A stretch of 64,000 nt of DNA, taken from the NCBI GenBank assembly GCA_963979435.1, contig CAXBVE010000002.1:11138-75137 (forward strand). The letters are read 5' to 3'. Each line of letters begins with the position of its first letter. Position 1 is the stretch's first letter. Source of the stretch: an uncultured Candidatus Actinomarinales bacterium. Lineage in GTDB: Bacteria; Actinomycetota; Acidimicrobiia; Actinomarinales; Actinomarinaceae. The translations under genes and the position numbers were made by a program. Shown here in pieces: positions 62,316 to 64,000 of the stretch. The notes beneath the pieces were generated by a model that ran no database searches, was not told where the DNA came from, and saw only the letters and a program-made list of their open reading frames with translations.

Positions 62316-62617
62316 TGAAGATTAAAAAAGGCGATTTAGTAAAAGTTATTGCTGGTAAAGATAATGGAAAAGAAGGTAAAGTATTGCAAGTATTTCCTAA
62401 AAAAGAAAAAGTACTTGTTGAAGGCATCAACATTGCTAAAAAACATCAAAAACCACAAGGTCAAACAATGCAAGGCGGCGTAATTGATATCACAATGCCA
62501 ATTCATATTTCGAACGTAGCCTTAGTTGTCAAAAAGAAGAGTGGAAGAGTTGCTTATAAATTTGATAAAAATGGTCAGAAGTACAGAGTTCTGGCTCAAA
62601 CAGGAGATGAAGTATGA
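62315..62617 (+). CDS. rplX: 50S ribosomal protein L24
   Basis: 100 aa, KOW motif. Confidence 0.93.
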   Translation: MKIKKGDLVKVIAGKDNGKEGKVLQVFPKKEKVLVEGINIAKKHQKPQGQTMQGGVIDITMPIHISNVALVVKKKSGRVAYKFDKNGQKYRVLAQTGDEV

Positions 62618-63159
62618 TTCCAAGGTTGAAAGAAGCATTTAATACTGGATTAAATCAAGAGATTAAAAAAGAGTTAGGTTTAGAGAATGTAAACCAAATA
62701 CCTACTCTTGAAAAAATTGTTCTAAACATTGGTTCTAGTAAAGCTGCAACAGATGGTAGAACTTTAGAGTCAATTGTTGATGAGCTCACCGCAATATCTG
62801 GTCAAAAACCAGTTATCAAAAGAGCAAAAAAATCTATTGCTGGTTTTAAGATAAGAGAAGGAATGCCAGTTGGTGTTGCCGTAACCCTTCGTGGTGACAG
62901 AATGTGGGAATTTTATGATCGATTCGTTCAAGTTGTAGTTCCTAGGATTAGAGACTTTAGGGGATTTAGTCAAAAGTCATTTGATGGCAACGGAAATTAC
63001 TCCCTTGGCTTAAACGAACAGTTAGTCTTTCCTGAAGTTGAATATGATAAGGTTAGAGACATTCGAGGCATGAATATTACAATTTGTACAACCGCTAACG
63101 ATAATAAAAAAGGATATGTATTATTACACTCGCTAGGGTTTCCTTTTAGAGAGAATTAA
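62614..63159 (+). CDS. rplE: 50S ribosomal protein L5
   Basis: 181 aa, operon order. Confidence 0.95.
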   Translation: MIPRLKEAFNTGLNQEIKKELGLENVNQIPTLEKIVLNIGSSKAATDGRTLESIVDELTAISGQKPVIKRAKKSIAGFKIREGMPVGVAVTLRGDRMWEFYDRFVQVVVPRIRDFRGFSQKSFDGNGNYSLGLNEQLVFPEVEYDKVRDIRGMNITICTTANDNKKGYVLLHSLGFPFREN

Positions 63160-63161
63160 AA

Positions 63162-63467
63162 ATGGCAAAAACAAGTAAAATAGTTAAAAACAATAAAAGA
63201 TTAGACACTGTAAATTTTTACACTGAAAAGCGAAAAGATTTACTGGCAATAATTAAAGATCCAGAGTCAACTTATGATGAAAAAAGAACTGCTCAAAAAA
63301 AGATTGCAAAAATGCCAAGAGATGCATCTGCCACTAGACATAGAAACAGATGTCAGGTGACTGGACGACCAAGAGGTACACTCAGGAAATTTGGTATGTC
63401 AAGAAATACATTCAGAGACTTAGCACTCAAAGGAGAGCTTCCTGGAATAAAGAAAGCTTCGTGGTAA
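63162..63467 (+). CDS. rpsN: 30S ribosomal protein S14 (long, 101-aa, non-zinc type)
   Basis: 101 aa, …[19 protein letters not shown]…; lacks the CxxC pairs of the short zinc form. Confidence 0.92.
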   Translation: MAKTSKIVKNNKRLDTVNFYTEKRKDLLAIIKDPESTYDEKRTAQKKIAKMPRDASATRHRNRCQVTGRPRGTLRKFGMSRNTFRDLALKGELPGIKKASW

Positions 63468-63470
63468 AAA

Positions 63471-63869
63471 ATGGTCACTGATCCAATATCCGATTTGCTT
63501 ACAAGACTTAGAAACGCATCTATGGTTTCAAAACCTAGTGTCTCAATACCCCACTCAAACTTTAAGTTTGAACTAGCAAAGCTTTTTAAAACTGAGGGTT
63601 ATGTATCAGATGTAAAAGTATCTGGTGAGGGAGTAGAGAAGTTCATTGATATCGATATGAAATATTCGGAGGAGGGTGTTTCAGTTATATCTGGTATGAA
63701 CAGATTGTCAAAGCCAGGCCAGAGAGTTTATTCAAGTTTTGATAAGTTGCCAAGAAACAACGGTGGTTTAGGAACGGTCGTAGTTTCTACATCACGAGGT
63801 CTACTGTCTGACTCGGAGGCTAGAAAAAGAAAACTAGGTGGCGAGTTAATTTGTGAGGTATGGTCATGA
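63471..63869 (+). CDS. rpsH: 30S ribosomal protein S8
   Basis: 132 aa, operon order. Confidence 0.95.
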   Translation: MVTDPISDLLTRLRNASMVSKPSVSIPHSNFKFELAKLFKTEGYVSDVKVSGEGVEKFIDIDMKYSEEGVSVISGMNRLSKPGQRVYSSFDKLPRNNGGLGTVVVSTSRGLLSDSEARKRKLGGELICEVWS

Positions 63870-64000
63870 GTCGTATTGGCAATAAACCAATTACAATACC
63901 TGAAAAAGTTGAAGTATTAATAAAAGATATGACAATTTCAGTAAAAGGACCAAAAGGAGAATTGGCAACAACTATTATTGATGAGAGAATAATATTTGAA
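63866..64000 (+). CDS. rplF: 50S ribosomal protein L6 (3' truncated by window edge)
   Basis: ATG overlapping the rpsH stop (ATGA); [33 protein letters not shown]… is a typical L6 N-terminus; not in the ORF track. Confidence 0.85.
   Translation, partial: MSRIGNKPITIPEKVEVLIKDMTISVKGPKGELATTIIDERIIFE

Noticed and set aside
1-64000. CRISPR arrays, transposases, integrases, restriction-modification or toxin-antitoxin modules
   Set aside because: No spaced direct repeats and no ORF with recombinase/transposase or defence-system motifs were seen. The only nucleotide repeats are the 21-nt duplication in rpsC and the GTTAAC palindromes.

Overview
AT-rich window, densely packed and almost entirely on the + strand. 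I read it as a streamlined low-GC actinobacterium; this rests on the conserved actinobacterial locus tRNA-Tyr/tRNA-Thr/tRNA-Met-rpmG ... tRNA-Trp-secE-nusG-rplK-rplA-rplJ-rplL-rpoB-rpoC-rpsL-rpsG-fusA-tuf-S10/spc operon (40.4-64 kb) and on two NADH dehydrogenase gene sets. (1) A complete nuo operon; the window starts inside nuoC, and nuoD through nuoN follow (3-13306). (2) A second, 11-gene nuoA2B2C2D2H2-N2 operon lacking the nuoEFG NADH-input module (25446-35413). This operon is followed 5 nt later by a DUF185/MidA/NDUFAF7-type SAM methyltransferase, the family that methylates the NuoD homologue in mitochondria. Between the two nuo operons lies an accessory stretch: an ABC-2 exporter, an SRPBCC protein, thymidine kinase and a YbaN-like protein. 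Next comes a DtxR-family regulator divergent from an FbpABC-type Fe3+ ABC importer, with a dense array of TGTTAACA/TTAACATT-T-AATGTTAA palindromes in the shared promoter. A heliorhodopsin at 22603-23406 ends the stretch, flanked by a convergent lipoprotein and an alkaline-phosphatase-superfamily (NPP-type) enzyme. Downstream of the second nuo operon are htpX, a rhodanese, a PfkB kinase and a translationally coupled pair of uncharacterised envelope proteins. An ECF sigma factor with a membrane-anchored ZAS-type (HxxxCxxC) anti-sigma factor occupies the variable slot between rpmG and tRNA-Trp. No CRISPR arrays, transposases or integrases were found. Gene calls rest on motif-level reading of the supplied translations; no database search was possible.
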